A DNA stretch of 64,000 nucleotides from Clostridia bacterium (GTDB taxonomy: Bacteria > Bacillota > Clostridia > TANB77 > UBA1234), in contig JAFYBZ010000022.1 of NCBI GenBank assembly GCA_017539905.1, positions 77,191 through 141,190 of the forward strand. The letters run 5' to 3'. This document shows positions 52,871 to 63,141 of this stretch, piece after piece. Each line of letters starts with the position of its first letter. Positions within the stretch are counted from its first letter, which is position 1. A program made the translations under genes and the position numbers. Below the pieces are notes generated by a model. It was not told the origin of the DNA. It made no database searches and saw only the letters and a list, made by a program, of their open reading frames with translations.

Positions 52871-52975
52871 AAAGGGGACAGGTCTAAGATGTAGACCTGT
52901 CCCTTTGTTGCGCTGTGCAACTTGAGAACCGTCCCCTGGTTGCGTCGTGCAACTTGAGAACCGTCCCCTAGTTGC
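52871..52975. repeat. REP-like array, 4 units (B | B' A' A'). The B/B' hairpin (52875-52903) acts as terminator of the peptidase gene. The last unit overlaps the stop of the minus-strand ATPase gene.
   Basis: The right arm closely matches the right arm of the transposase element (13337..13422). Confidence 0.92.
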
Positions 52976-54257
52976 GGGTGTCGTTAAGGACGGCACCATT
53001 GGAGCGAGCGATCTCGTATTCACAGTACTTGCGCTCGAAGGTAACCTCACGGATGGCATTGAAGAGTTCCTTGATGTTATCGACATAGTATTCAACGAGT
53101 TCTTCCTCGCAGTCAAAGAACACCCTCAGGTAGCCATACTTCTGGTTACACTCAAACACACTCAGTTCGCAATAGAATTCATCATTGATATAGAAAGTAC
53201 GCACGAGCTTTTCAACGGAGTTGATGTGCGGATCCATATCAAGCAGAGAAGCAAGAACGTTTCCCTCGGTAATCTGGAAAGTAGTATCATAAACGGCTTC
53301 CTCACTGGTACGCTTGGTCTTAGGATTAGTGACCTTCGCCCAGCGTTGTTCAGAATAGTTGTATGTGACAGTCTTTCCGCCGGTCCTGATACGTACGCAT
53401 TTGTAAAGATCCGGATTCATGGGATCCTGCTTCAGGAAAATAGACTTATCCCAGAACGTCTCCAAATGCTTTGTGTTGGAGTGAAGCATGAAGTCGTTCG
53501 GTGTAGGTACGATAAAGCGGCGACAAATTTTGACAGGCATAGGAATGTCCGCGACACTGAAAATCTTGCTGATAGCATAGTCAAGTTTTTCATTAAAGCG
53601 GAAGGAGTTATCCACCTCAACAAGGTTGGGATGACCTTTCCAGGCTTCATAGACATTCTTATCAAGCTTGGCAGCATCGCTCACGGATTCATCGCGCTTG
53701 GTAGTACCATCATTGGTCGTATAAGCGTGCTCGGCGCCGATTGCTGCAGAGCGAAGGTACACAACCATATCACTGCGCTCGTAGACCTTCTGGGCATCCA
53801 GGCCATAATCAGCAAGGATCTTGATATATTCAGCAGGGTCATCGAAATAGGCCTGGCCGTCCATCAAGCTGCGGTCAAAGATGCAAATCACCTTATCAAA
53901 GGGATTCTTGATCTTGTGCTTTATAGCAGTAATAATCGTGGCGCGCTCAGAATTGAGCTGATGGTCAATAATGAGGCGCTGGAAAGTAGAATCGCAACCA
54001 CAGCTTACGAAGTTCATGTTGCCGGTCTTGAGATGGTTCGCGGCCTCCTGAGCTACGAAAACTTCGCAGTTGGGAATAGCGATAGACTGCCGAAGAGCTT
54101 TGTTAAGAGTAGTGGTTTTGCCGGCACAAGGTCCGCCAGTCAGTACAACAACAAAAATCTGTGCATCAGCAAGAAGGTAGTTGGGTCCGCCACATACGGC
54201 CTGGAAAGATGTGTCGTTTTGAAGGCCATAAATACGGATTGCATCGGTAACTTTCAT
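52968..54257 (-). CDS. P-loop NTPase (AAA_28/NadR-like kinase fold) fused to a degenerate CYTH-like C-terminal domain; GC-rich, probably foreign
   Basis: Walker A VVVLTGGPCAGKTTTL and Walker B-like VICIFDRSLMDGQAY. C-terminal half follows a CYTH-like pattern (VRIR, LVRTFY, EVTFERKY), but the ExExK position reads KICRR. Confidence 0.65.
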   Translation of the reverse strand: MKVTDAIRIYGLQNDTSFQAVCGGPNYLLADAQIFVVVLTGGPCAGKTTTLNKALRQSIAIPNCEVFVAQEAANHLKTGNMNFVSCGCDSTFQRLIIDHQLNSERATIITAIKHKIKNPFDKVICIFDRSLMDGQAYFDDPAEYIKILADYGLDAQKVYERSDMVVYLRSAAIGAEHAYTTNDGTTKRDESVSDAAKLDKNVYEAWKGHPNLVEVDNSFRFNEKLDYAISKIFSVADIPMPVKICRRFIVPTPNDFMLHSNTKHLETFWDKSIFLKQDPMNPDLYKCVRIRTGGKTVTYNYSEQRWAKVTNPKTKRTSEEAVYDTTFQITEGNVLASLLDMDPHINSVEKLVRTFYINDEFYCELSVFECNQKYGYLRVFFDCEEELVEYYVDNIKELFNAIREVTFERKYCEYEIARSNGAVLNDTRN

Positions 54258-54530
54258 CTTTTCAGTCTCCTTTCAATTTGAGGTAATTCATTAAAGCAAA
54301 ACCTTGAAAGTGTGTATATAAAGCCAGAAAAAACTGGACGATAAGGGAATTATAGGTTTACCGTATTATATTATGAAAACCTAATGCGGTCAACATAATT
54401 TGACATTTTTTAAAATTTTCTTGCTTACGGAAGCACAACTTGCAAGGTTTACGTAAGTTTTCAAATTGATAATTATTGTTAACTTTGATATAATATTATA
54501 TGTATACAAATGATGAAAGGAGTAATGTTT

Positions 54531-56336
54531 ATGGATAAAAGACGTTATTTAGGTATTATAAGCATTTCTTTAATTTTTGTTATAACTTTAACATGTTTTT
54601 CTTTAGCTAAAACAGAAAGCAAACCAAAGCAATTTTTTGACAAAATTGTTTCATTTATCAATTTAGACAAGTATTCACCTGAGTACTTTGAAATATCTAA
54701 ATGGGATTATGTTTCTTATGAATTTGACGACCGTACACCAGATTCAAAACGCTATGAAAAAGGTAAAGGCGTAGCAAGTGTAAAAGATAAGCAATTCTAT
54801 TTTGATGGATCTACTAAAATTGAAGGTGATACAACATACACAGCTGAGTTTCTTGCTTTCGAGAGTAGTGAAGATTTCAAATATAAAACTAATATGCCTC
54901 ATGAATATGTAAGCGATGTTGAATATGATGATTTTAGTGATATTTATGAATATTTAGAGTTTTCTAATGATACTCTTTTGGATATTGATAAATCAAAAAT
55001 TATAGCTTTATTATCTTTTTATAATAATTTAGATAATAGTTGCTTTAGTCAAACTAAAGTTAAAAGTGATAATTGTTATGTATTAAAACTTGATAAGGAA
55101 AAATTCAAAAATACTTTTGACAAAACAATTAATGAACTATCAAGCTCTACGATATATAAGGCAGTATTGAAAAAAGAATACAATTATGGTTCAACTGAAA
55201 TAATGGAACAAAACATGAATAATTTCTTAAATAATACTGATAATTTTGATTTTACAATGACTATATTATCAAGTAATAATAATTTAGATGGTATAAAGAG
55301 TATTGATATTAATTTCAATTCTGATAATTATAAATTTACTTTAAATATTAAATCTAATGATAATAAACCTTTAATGAAAACAAAAGAGAGAACAGGTCAT
55401 TTTGAGTTAATTAATAGGTATAATGGAAATAACCAAACATATACTGGAGATTTAATTCTAAATAATGACAAAGTTGAAATTGTAATTGAAAGAACAGTAG
55501 ATGAAATAGAAAACTCTACTACTTATAATTTTGATTTACAAAATAACTTTGTATCACTAAAACATTGTGTTCCTACTGAAAGACTAACAATTATAGCAAA
55601 CTCAAATGATAGCAAAGATTTCTTTAATTCAAATCAAATTGATATTAGTTTAAATCTTGAAGAAGTAGATTTATTTAGGAATATAGAAGGAGATTTAGAG
55701 AATTTAGATGAGTTCTTTTATACAGATTATAGTATTAGGCATGGAGATAAATATTTTAAGTATTTAGAAGTAAAGAAAGTTTTTGATGAGCTTTTAAATA
55801 ATGGTTATGAAATAAATGAATCTACGAATCATATTGATCCAGTTACAATGAACTATATTGTTGAATCTACAAATGGAAAGGGTTTACTAGATGACACAAG
55901 CTTTGTTATTAAATCTGGAGAAATCGAAGGTAATAAAGATCTAGTTAATTTTGATGAATTTTCATTAAAAATTACTTCAAATGATTTTAGACCCTTAAAA
56001 TCATCTAAGAGTATCAGTTTAATGCATGAAGACAATGAACTAGTTAGAATAATAGCAAATGACAAGAAAGATATACTAAAATCTAGTGATTTAACTATTA
56101 AAACAAATATTATTAATAATGGATTAATAACAAGATATATTGCAAATGATAAAAAGAGTATTTTTAATACAAAGAATTTATCTTGTATAAAAGAAATCCA
56201 GATAAATGATGTATACCAAAAGTTGTCAGTAAATAAGGATAAAGTATCATTGACAAAAAAGGATGATAATCGAATTCTTAATATTAAAATATCTAACTCT
56301 AAGCCAGTTAACGTTTCATCAATGTATAAAGATTAA
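54531..56336 (+). CDS. hypothetical secreted protein, paralog of 45254..47188
   Basis: ATG 54531 after AAAGGAG. Signal anchor. Motif NDKK(D/S)I(L/F)xSxxL recurs. Confidence 0.65.
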   Translation: MDKRRYLGIISISLIFVITLTCFSLAKTESKPKQFFDKIVSFINLDKYSPEYFEISKWDYVSYEFDDRTPDSKRYEKGKGVASVKDKQFYFDGSTKIEGDTTYTAEFLAFESSEDFKYKTNMPHEYVSDVEYDDFSDIYEYLEFSNDTLLDIDKSKIIALLSFYNNLDNSCFSQTKVKSDNCYVLKLDKEKFKNTFDKTINELSSSTIYKAVLKKEYNYGSTEIMEQNMNNFLNNTDNFDFTMTILSSNNNLDGIKSIDINFNSDNYKFTLNIKSNDNKPLMKTKERTGHFELINRYNGNNQTYTGDLILNNDKVEIVIERTVDEIENSTTYNFDLQNNFVSLKHCVPTERLTIIANSNDSKDFFNSNQIDISLNLEEVDLFRNIEGDLENLDEFFYTDYSIRHGDKYFKYLEVKKVFDELLNNGYEINESTNHIDPVTMNYIVESTNGKGLLDDTSFVIKSGEIEGNKDLVNFDEFSLKITSNDFRPLKSSKSISLMHEDNELVRIIANDKKDILKSSDLTIKTNIINNGLITRYIANDKKSIFNTKNLSCIKEIQINDVYQKLSVNKDKVSLTKKDDNRILNIKISNSKPVNVSSMYKD

Positions 56337-56353
56337 ATTAAATGAGTAAATTT

Positions 56354-56385
56354 ACAGGGCTACATAATGTAGCTCTGTATTTTTA
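56354..56385 (+). terminator. rho-independent terminator
   Basis: acagggctaca taa tgtagctctgt plus T-run. Confidence 0.7.
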
Positions 56386-56438
56386 TATGCATTTGTCTAC
56401 TAGATTAATTATGGTATAATGGATCAGAGAGGTAGTTT

Positions 56439-58488
56439 ATGATTGATTTAAAGCAGAATATTCAGTTTATCAAGGGCGTAGGTCCTGCTAGAGTTGCTTT
56501 GCTTCAAAAGATGGGCATTGAGACGCTAGAAGACCTTGTCACTTATTTTCCAAGAGATTATGAAGACAGAAGCAAGTATGCATTTATTTCCGATTTAAAA
56601 GAAGGAGATATTGCATGCTTTAAAGCCGTGGCTGCAAGTAAGCCTACAACTGCTCGATTAAAAAAGAACATGACTATTACTAAAGTTACTGTTCGCGATG
56701 AAACTGGTTCTGCACTTTTAACATGGTTCAATCAAGATTACGTCAAAAATCAAATTTTTGGCGGAGAGGTATATACATTCTATGGTAAAGTTCAAAAGGT
56801 CTATAATGGACGAATTGAAATGTCGTCTCCAATATTTGATAAAGATGGTGAGACAAAAAATACAGGAAAGATAATTCCTTTGTATCCATTAACTAATGGA
56901 ATGACTCAAAATGTGTTAAGAGGAATTATTGAGAATGCTCTGTCGCTTTGCAACAATCAATTTGAAGAATTTTTACCTGCATGGATTCGTAAAGAATACA
57001 ATGTGTGTGAATATAATTTTGCTATTAACAATATTCACTTTCCAGATAAAGATGATGACTTTTTACAAGCACGTAAGAGAATTGCTTTTCAAGAATTGTT
57101 ATTGTTGCAATTAGGATTATTGAACTTAAAAGAGTTGGGCAAGAAAGAAGATAAAGGCCTTGAATTTAGCCAAGATGAACATATAGAAGATTTTATTCGG
57201 TACCTTACCATTTAAGCTTACAGGTGCTCAACAAAGAGCATGGGAAGAAATCAAAAAGGATATGCAATCGCCTAAAGCAATGAATAGATTAGTTCAAGGT
57301 GATGTTGGATCTGGTAAAACAGTTGTTGCTGCTATGGCAATGTATAAGGCTGTTAAAAATGGATATCAAGCTTCCATGATGGCGCCAACTGCAATTCTGG
57401 CTTCTCAACATTATGAAGGTATATCAAAAATGATGGAGCCTTTTGGAATCAAATGTGCCTTATTCACATCAGCTTTAACTAAAAAGCAAAAAGATACTTT
57501 GATTGAGCAATTAAAAAATGGTGAGATTGATATTGCTATTGGAACTCATGCATTAATTGAAGAAAATATAGAATTCAAAAATGTTGGATTAGTTATCACT
57601 GACGAACAACATAGATTTGGTGTAAGACAAAGAAGTAAGTTGTCTAATAAAGGAAAGAATATTGATACACTTGTTATGACCGCAACACCAATACCTAGAA
57701 CACTTGCTTTAATTCTATATGGAGATTTGGATATCTCTATTATTGATGAATTGCCACCAGGACGACAAAAGATAGATACTTATGCTGTTAAGCGTAATAT
57801 GGAAAATAGAGTAAATGACTTTATAAAAAAGCAAATTCTAGAAGGAAGACAAGCATATATAGTTTGTCCACTCGTTGAAGAATCAGATTTATCTGATTTA
57901 AAGAGTGTTCAAAAGATGTATGATTATTATTCAAAAGTATTTCCTGATTTTAGACTTACTTATCTTCATGGCAAAATGAAGAATAAAGAAAAAGATGAAA
58001 TCATGGCAAAGTTTAAAGCAGGAGAAATTGATATTTTAATTTCTACAACAGTAATTGAAGTTGGAGTTGATGTTCCAAATGCATCTATTATGATAGTTGA
58101 AAATGCTGAAAGATTTGGTTTGGCACAGCTTCATCAATTACGTGGAAGAGTTGGAAGAGGTAAGTTTAAATCATATTGTATATTAAAATATGAATCAAAA
58201 TCAGATATTGTTGCACAAAGAATGAAAATCATGGAACAAACTAATGATGGATTTGTAATTTCAGAAAAGGATTTGGAATTAAGAGGACCGGGTGATTTCT
58301 TTGGTACGATGCAACATGGTGTTCCTGAATTCAAAGTTGCAAATCTATTTACTGATATGGAGCTTTTAAAGAAAGCTCAGGAATGTAGTAAGAAAATTTT
58401 AGAGAAAGATCCATATTTAATGCAAGAAGAAAATCACTTAATGAAAGAACAAATTGATAAATTGTTTGATAAGAAGCTTGAGTTATGA
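56439..58488 (+). pseudogene. recG: ATP-dependent DNA helicase RecG interrupted by a +1 frameshift before the helicase core
   Basis: ORFs 56439..57215 and 57262..58488. Frame 2 already reads LPFKLTGAQQRAWEEI from 57205. DNA reads cgg tac C tta cca ttt aag, i.e. one extra C near 57204. Downstream are GDVGSGKT, DEQHRFG, RGRVGRG. Confidence 0.85.
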
Positions 58489-58521
58489 TTTTGACGACAA
58501 ATAGTCGCCGTTACAAAAGAG

Positions 58522-59799
58522 GTGAGTATCACGGATAAAGAAGAAGAAAAAGTCAAAGTCTGTTATTCTAAAAATCCCTTAAGCTTTGATGAGTTGGAAG
58601 AATTTAGAGATGAAGATGGATTTATTGATTTAGAAAGAGCAGACTTAATAATTGCAGAAGGCTCTAGAAACCAAATAGGTAGCGCTGATATATTTAAGTA
58701 TTGGGTAGATTTTGCTGGCACAAAAGTTTTATTAAAAGAACAAAAGAAACTTGAAAATGAAGAAAATGGTACTATTTATTCTGAATTATATATGCATGAA
58801 TTGTGTGAAGAGATGGATATAGAATCTGCCCATACTGATGTTTTCAAAATTGGTAATATAAAAGGTGTCATTTCTTTTATGGCTTTTGATCCAGAAAAAG
58901 AAGGTCTTATTTTGACTCGTGAGTTAATTGGAGACATGCAAGTTGATGGTGATGCTTATGATTATAATTCTGTTGAGATAAGAATCGAGGAAGAATTAGT
59001 TAGACAATTTAAATTATCAAAAAAAGAAGCTCATAAAGTAGTTTTAGAGAGAAGACTTCAAAAAATTTTACAACTATATGCATCAGAAATGGACAACCAT
59101 ACAGAAAACGAAGGATTTTTATTTAAAAGGAATGAAGATGGCAGTTACAATATTAGATTATGTCCGATGTTTGATAATGAACGTTCATTTGGATTGTACT
59201 CTAGCTATTCTGAGATGATGAGTGATGCTTTATATGATTCATTAGAAAGAAGAACCCCAATTTTAAGACATATGGTTAAATCTTTACGCAGAGGTGAAGA
59301 CTTATCTAAAAGTGAAATATCATTATTATATGAATTTTCTTCAAAAGAAGAAATAAGAGATGTTTTGCTTGGAAATATGAATTCTAGGATAAGAGTCGGT
59401 AGTAATGGAATGCAGATTATGCTTGATGATAGTAAGTTGCCTAAGTTTTTCTCTTTAACAGATGCAACTCTGGCAAAACTTTATATGGATTCAAAAAGTA
59501 TTATTGATAATCCTGATGCAATAGATAATGATGAATTAATTTGTCATAAGAGAATAGTAAGACTTGTAGATTCCTTAGAACAAGTTGAAGCGGAAGAATT
59601 AATAGAAAACATTGAAAATAAACTTTCAATTCCTTCAACTATTAAAACTCAAATATCTCGTTTTTCAAGAATGAAATCAGAAGTACTTCATTTTGCTCAA
59701 TTAGGAAGAGGTGAAGTTAGTTTCTATGAAGAAATGGCGGATTTGTTGCTTAAAGAAAAAGAGAAACTATTGAATAAAAAACAAGAAATAGATTTATAG
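58522..59799 (+). CDS. HipA-family (HipT-like, N-terminally short) Ser/Thr kinase-like protein
   Basis: SEMDNHTENEGFLF...YNIRLCPMFDNERS aligns by eye with E. coli HipA ATDGHAKNFSVF...YRLTPFYDIIS (DxHxxN catalytic loop plus Mg-binding D). SELYMHELCEEMDIESAHTDVF aligns with NEYYCLLLAKELGLNVPDAEII. The GTG start is uncertain. Confidence 0.55.
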   Translation: MSITDKEEEKVKVCYSKNPLSFDELEEFRDEDGFIDLERADLIIAEGSRNQIGSADIFKYWVDFAGTKVLLKEQKKLENEENGTIYSELYMHELCEEMDIESAHTDVFKIGNIKGVISFMAFDPEKEGLILTRELIGDMQVDGDAYDYNSVEIRIEEELVRQFKLSKKEAHKVVLERRLQKILQLYASEMDNHTENEGFLFKRNEDGSYNIRLCPMFDNERSFGLYSSYSEMMSDALYDSLERRTPILRHMVKSLRRGEDLSKSEISLLYEFSSKEEIRDVLLGNMNSRIRVGSNGMQIMLDDSKLPKFFSLTDATLAKLYMDSKSIIDNPDAIDNDELICHKRIVRLVDSLEQVEAEELIENIENKLSIPSTIKTQISRFSRMKSEVLHFAQLGRGEVSFYEEMADLLLKEKEKLLNKKQEIDL

Positions 59800-59828
59800 T
59801 TGACATAAGTATAAATAGAGTATATAAT
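59800..59828 (+). promoter_or_regulatory. consensus sigma-A promoter
   Basis: TTGACA, 17 nt, TATAAT; it begins right after the stop of the kinase-like gene. Confidence 0.7.
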
Positions 59829-59860
59829 ACTTAAGATTTAAGATTAAGAGGTGATTGCAC

Positions 59861-60130
59861 ATGAGGGAATTTCAGGTGTATTACAGCGGACTGTATATTG
59901 GGAGACTTGTTATTAATGAGGAAGGCAAATACTATTATGCATTGAATGATCACTTTAAAACCATTTGCTTCTTTGAGGGTAAAAATGTTGCTCCTGCTTT
60001 ATATACTGAACAGAATGACTTTGGCGATCCGATTCCTTATTTCCAGGTTCGTATCGAGGCTAATGACAAACATAGAGGGCTTGAAATCGGCTTGGTTACG
60101 GATGAGGTTCGCTTGAAAGAGGTTTACTAA
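59861..60130 (+). CDS. small protein (89 aa), possible HipS/HipA-N-subdomain-like
   Basis: ATG 59861 after GAGGTG. FQVYYSGLYIGRLVINEEGKYYYAL loosely matches the HipA N-terminus LVTWMNNQRVGELTKLANGAHTFKY. G+C higher than the flanks. Confidence 0.5.
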   Translation: MREFQVYYSGLYIGRLVINEEGKYYYALNDHFKTICFFEGKNVAPALYTEQNDFGDPIPYFQVRIEANDKHRGLEIGLVTDEVRLKEVY

Positions 60131-60149
60131 CTAGACTAGAGATAGTTCC

Positions 60150-60263
60150 TGCAACTAGGGGACGGTTCTCAAGTTGCACGATGCAACTTAAGAACCGTCC
60201 CTTTGTTGCGTAGACCTGTCCCTCGGTTGCAGTGTGCAACTTGAGAACCGTCCCCTAGTTGCA
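60150..60263. repeat. REP-like array, 4 units (A | A' B' A')
   Basis: tgcaactaggggacggttctcaagttgca, cga, tgcaacttaagaaccgtccctttgttgc, gtagacctgtccctcggttgc, agtg, tgcaacttgagaaccgtcccctagttgca. Confidence 0.92.
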
Positions 60264-60356
60264 GAATTATTACAATACTATTACTTTTACGTATTATGTA
60301 CCTACAATTGATATAATTATAGTATCTATGGGTGAAGGGAGGTTTTTATAATCAAT

Positions 60357-62588
60357 ATGGTTTTAGATGTGAATAAAGAATTAGAAGATTATAAAAAATC
60401 TCCTAATGAATACCTTAAGAATTTAATTATTGAAATTATAAATGGTGATACAACACGTTTATTCTACTTAAAAACTGGAAAAGTAAAATTCAACGCTGAT
60501 AAAGAATGTATTGACCAACTAATAAATTGCATTGAACAATCAAATGACTCTGATGTACGTAAATCAAGATTGGCAATAATGGGCTTTTTTGGGTTAATTA
60601 ATTCTAAAGACAGAATAGAATGGTTAAAAGAGAATTCAAAATCAGATAAAGCTGTATTTGTTTTTGCAAGAAAAATACCATTTGCAGATTTGTGTAGCGC
60701 AATTAACGATGAATCATTAAAAGCTGTTGCAATTTCTGAACTTTCAAGCCTCACTTTAAAAAATTTTGATTATTTAATAGCAACTACGAAAGATCCGTAT
60801 TTTAAAGAAAAAATATATTATAGATGTGCTGCTAATAAACGTTCACCTAAAAAAGTATATTTATATCAAATTAAAAGATATGAGAGAATTAAAGAAGAAA
60901 TAGCAAAATTATCTTCTGAAGAAGAAAAAGTAAATTACATTGTTAATCTTAAGCCTGAAGAAGAGACGATAGAAGAGTATAACGACATTAATTTAATTAA
61001 AAAATCCTTACTTGAACAAATTAAGGAACCTCAAAATCGTGATGCCGTAATTTCAAGTATGTCTTCACTTACTAAGCCACCTTTTGACTTGTACAAAAAG
61101 TATATTAGAGAAATGATAATAGAGTATCTTTCAACTAATGAAGATTTAACAAGAGAAATGCTTGAAAAAATTGATATTACATTTAATTCATTTCATTTAT
61201 TTAGTGAAGATTTGTCTAATGTTGTAGCTATACTTGGAGAAAGCGCTGGTGAAAAAGGATTAGCAAATGGTGATTGTAATCATATAGATAAAATCATTAG
61301 ACTTGATAAAAAGCTAGACATATCAAGCGTTTTAAATACTCTTTTACATGAATTAGGACATGGGTTGTCTTTCCAATCTGACCATCTTAATACAACAAAT
61401 TCAAAATTTCATAACACAATTTTGGGCACAGAAATAGAAGAAGGAGTTGTTGAATCTTTTACTCAAAATGTATGGAAATCTTATTTTACAAATCATGATT
61501 TATCAATTGATGGCAAAAAGATTGATCCTTATATGTATATGTCAGCAGCTTATAGAAGATATGTCACAATAATTAAAACAATAATGTCAAAATTTTCAAT
61601 TAATGGAGAAGACAAAGAAATTTTCAAAGATTATTTACTTGGAGATAAAGAACGAGCATATAAATCTCTTGATGTAACAAAAATACTTAAAATATGTAAA
61701 AACGAATTAGATTTTTCTCCAGAGTTACTTTCACATTTATATCAAAATTGCAATCCTCAATTTGTTGAGGAATCGTATATGGACAATAATATATTATTAA
61801 ATTCATTAAAGAAATTAAAAAACTATCCAAAAGACAAATTACCAAAATATTTTGCTTTATTTGTTAAAATCGCTAAGTATATAGAAAAAACTTCTACACT
61901 TGATATTGATACTGCATCTGATTTTGATGAGATATTTGATAAAAGAAAACTCTATGATATTTCTCCTGATGAAATTGATTTTGCTTTTACAATGCAAGGA
62001 GTAATCTCTGAGTCATCGACAGAAAAATATACTTTTGATAAAGATAAAGAACTGTCAGATGATGAAAGGAAACAGAATAGTCCTAGGATTTTACAAAATC
62101 TATTAGCAATTGCAATTAATACAAATGATCCATTGTTTAAAAGAGTTAAACCTCATCTTTTTGAAAAATATATAAACTTAGTTAAGGAAAAAAATATTGA
62201 TTCTATTGAAGATTTACAAAAATATATTGAATTGAATCAATACTTAACAAGTAAAAGTGATGATATTTCTTCTTTATATTTTAAGCCAGATGGTTTAGAT
62301 GAAATACAAAGTTTAACTCTAGATAGAATTAAAGAAGCTCTATTAATTCCTGATTTTAAGAAGAATTTAGATGGAAAGTATTCTTTTAAGGATTTAGAAA
62401 ATAATGAAGCTCTTTTAAAGATTTTTAAAGATAATGGTGTCATAATAAATGATAATGATATTATTCAAGATGTTTGTGAAGGATTAGAAAAATCAAAAAG
62501 TACCATTGATGACGTTGAAACAACATCAATAAGTTTTGAACGTTCAATGGTAAAACGTGATAAGGAAGGAGCTGAAAGAGATGGATGA
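60357..62588 (+). CDS. hypothetical large protein with an HExxH zincin-like motif (743 aa)
   Basis: LNTLLHELGHGLSF at about aa 330. Otherwise unrecognised. Confidence 0.55.
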   Translation: MVLDVNKELEDYKKSPNEYLKNLIIEIINGDTTRLFYLKTGKVKFNADKECIDQLINCIEQSNDSDVRKSRLAIMGFFGLINSKDRIEWLKENSKSDKAVFVFARKIPFADLCSAINDESLKAVAISELSSLTLKNFDYLIATTKDPYFKEKIYYRCAANKRSPKKVYLYQIKRYERIKEEIAKLSSEEEKVNYIVNLKPEEETIEEYNDINLIKKSLLEQIKEPQNRDAVISSMSSLTKPPFDLYKKYIREMIIEYLSTNEDLTREMLEKIDITFNSFHLFSEDLSNVVAILGESAGEKGLANGDCNHIDKIIRLDKKLDISSVLNTLLHELGHGLSFQSDHLNTTNSKFHNTILGTEIEEGVVESFTQNVWKSYFTNHDLSIDGKKIDPYMYMSAAYRRYVTIIKTIMSKFSINGEDKEIFKDYLLGDKERAYKSLDVTKILKICKNELDFSPELLSHLYQNCNPQFVEESYMDNNILLNSLKKLKNYPKDKLPKYFALFVKIAKYIEKTSTLDIDTASDFDEIFDKRKLYDISPDEIDFAFTMQGVISESSTEKYTFDKDKELSDDERKQNSPRILQNLLAIAINTNDPLFKRVKPHLFEKYINLVKEKNIDSIEDLQKYIELNQYLTSKSDDISSLYFKPDGLDEIQSLTLDRIKEALLIPDFKKNLDGKYSFKDLENNEALLKIFKDNGVIINDNDIIQDVCEGLEKSKSTIDDVETTSISFERSMVKRDKEGAERDG

Positions 62589-63078
62589 GTTATCAAATGA
62601 TGTATATAAAGAAACTTATTATGCTCTTACCGAAAACACAAAATTAATTAATTCAATTCCTTCTAACGTGCTTCTGTTTATCAAGAAAAATGCAAAAAAG
62701 TCTAACAAACAGTTTGATTTTTTAAGTGAAGATAAAACAATTTTACAACTTAGTAAAAAAGCGCTTGAATTGTATACATACCTTTATCTAAAATTTGGAG
62801 AATTAGATGATAACAATATAAACAAAATCAAAGAGATAATTATTAAGAATTCTCTCGAAAAATCAAACTCAAGTATTAATAGCATAGAATCATATTTATA
62901 CAAAACTATAGAAAATGAAATCATTAGTCAAGTCAGAAAAGAGTCAGAGGAGATAGTAAATGAGTTCTTGTCGGTTGATGATATAGCCTATGAGAGCGAA
63001 TTATACAATGAAATGAAGCAACGACTAGATGATTTACAAATAGAATGGAATCCGTTTCTGAGAGACACAATTCAGTAG
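62581..63078 (+). CDS. hypothetical protein (about 165 aa)
   Basis: ATG 62581 ten nt after AAGGAAGGA. Overlaps the upstream stop (ATGGATGA). Confidence 0.5.
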   Translation: MDELSNDVYKETYYALTENTKLINSIPSNVLLFIKKNAKKSNKQFDFLSEDKTILQLSKKALELYTYLYLKFGELDDNNINKIKEIIIKNSLEKSNSSINSIESYLYKTIENEIISQVRKESEEIVNEFLSVDDIAYESELYNEMKQRLDDLQIEWNPFLRDTIQ

Positions 63079-63141
63079 TTTTTGTTGATTTTTAGGCATT
63101 TTCAGTATATAATAGCTTGAATCTTGGAAAGGATGATTAAA

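Noticed and set aside
52947-54281. 444-aa plus-strand ORF covering the same region as the ATPase gene.
   Set aside because: It has no recognisable motifs and starts inside a repeat unit. The minus-strand frame has Walker A/B motifs and an RBS. The long antisense ORF is a by-product of GC-rich codon usage.
63079-63141. T-box or other riboswitch leaders upstream of argS and lysK.
   Set aside because: The leaders are only about 60 and 30 nt, too short for a T-box, and no specifier or antiterminator structure is seen.
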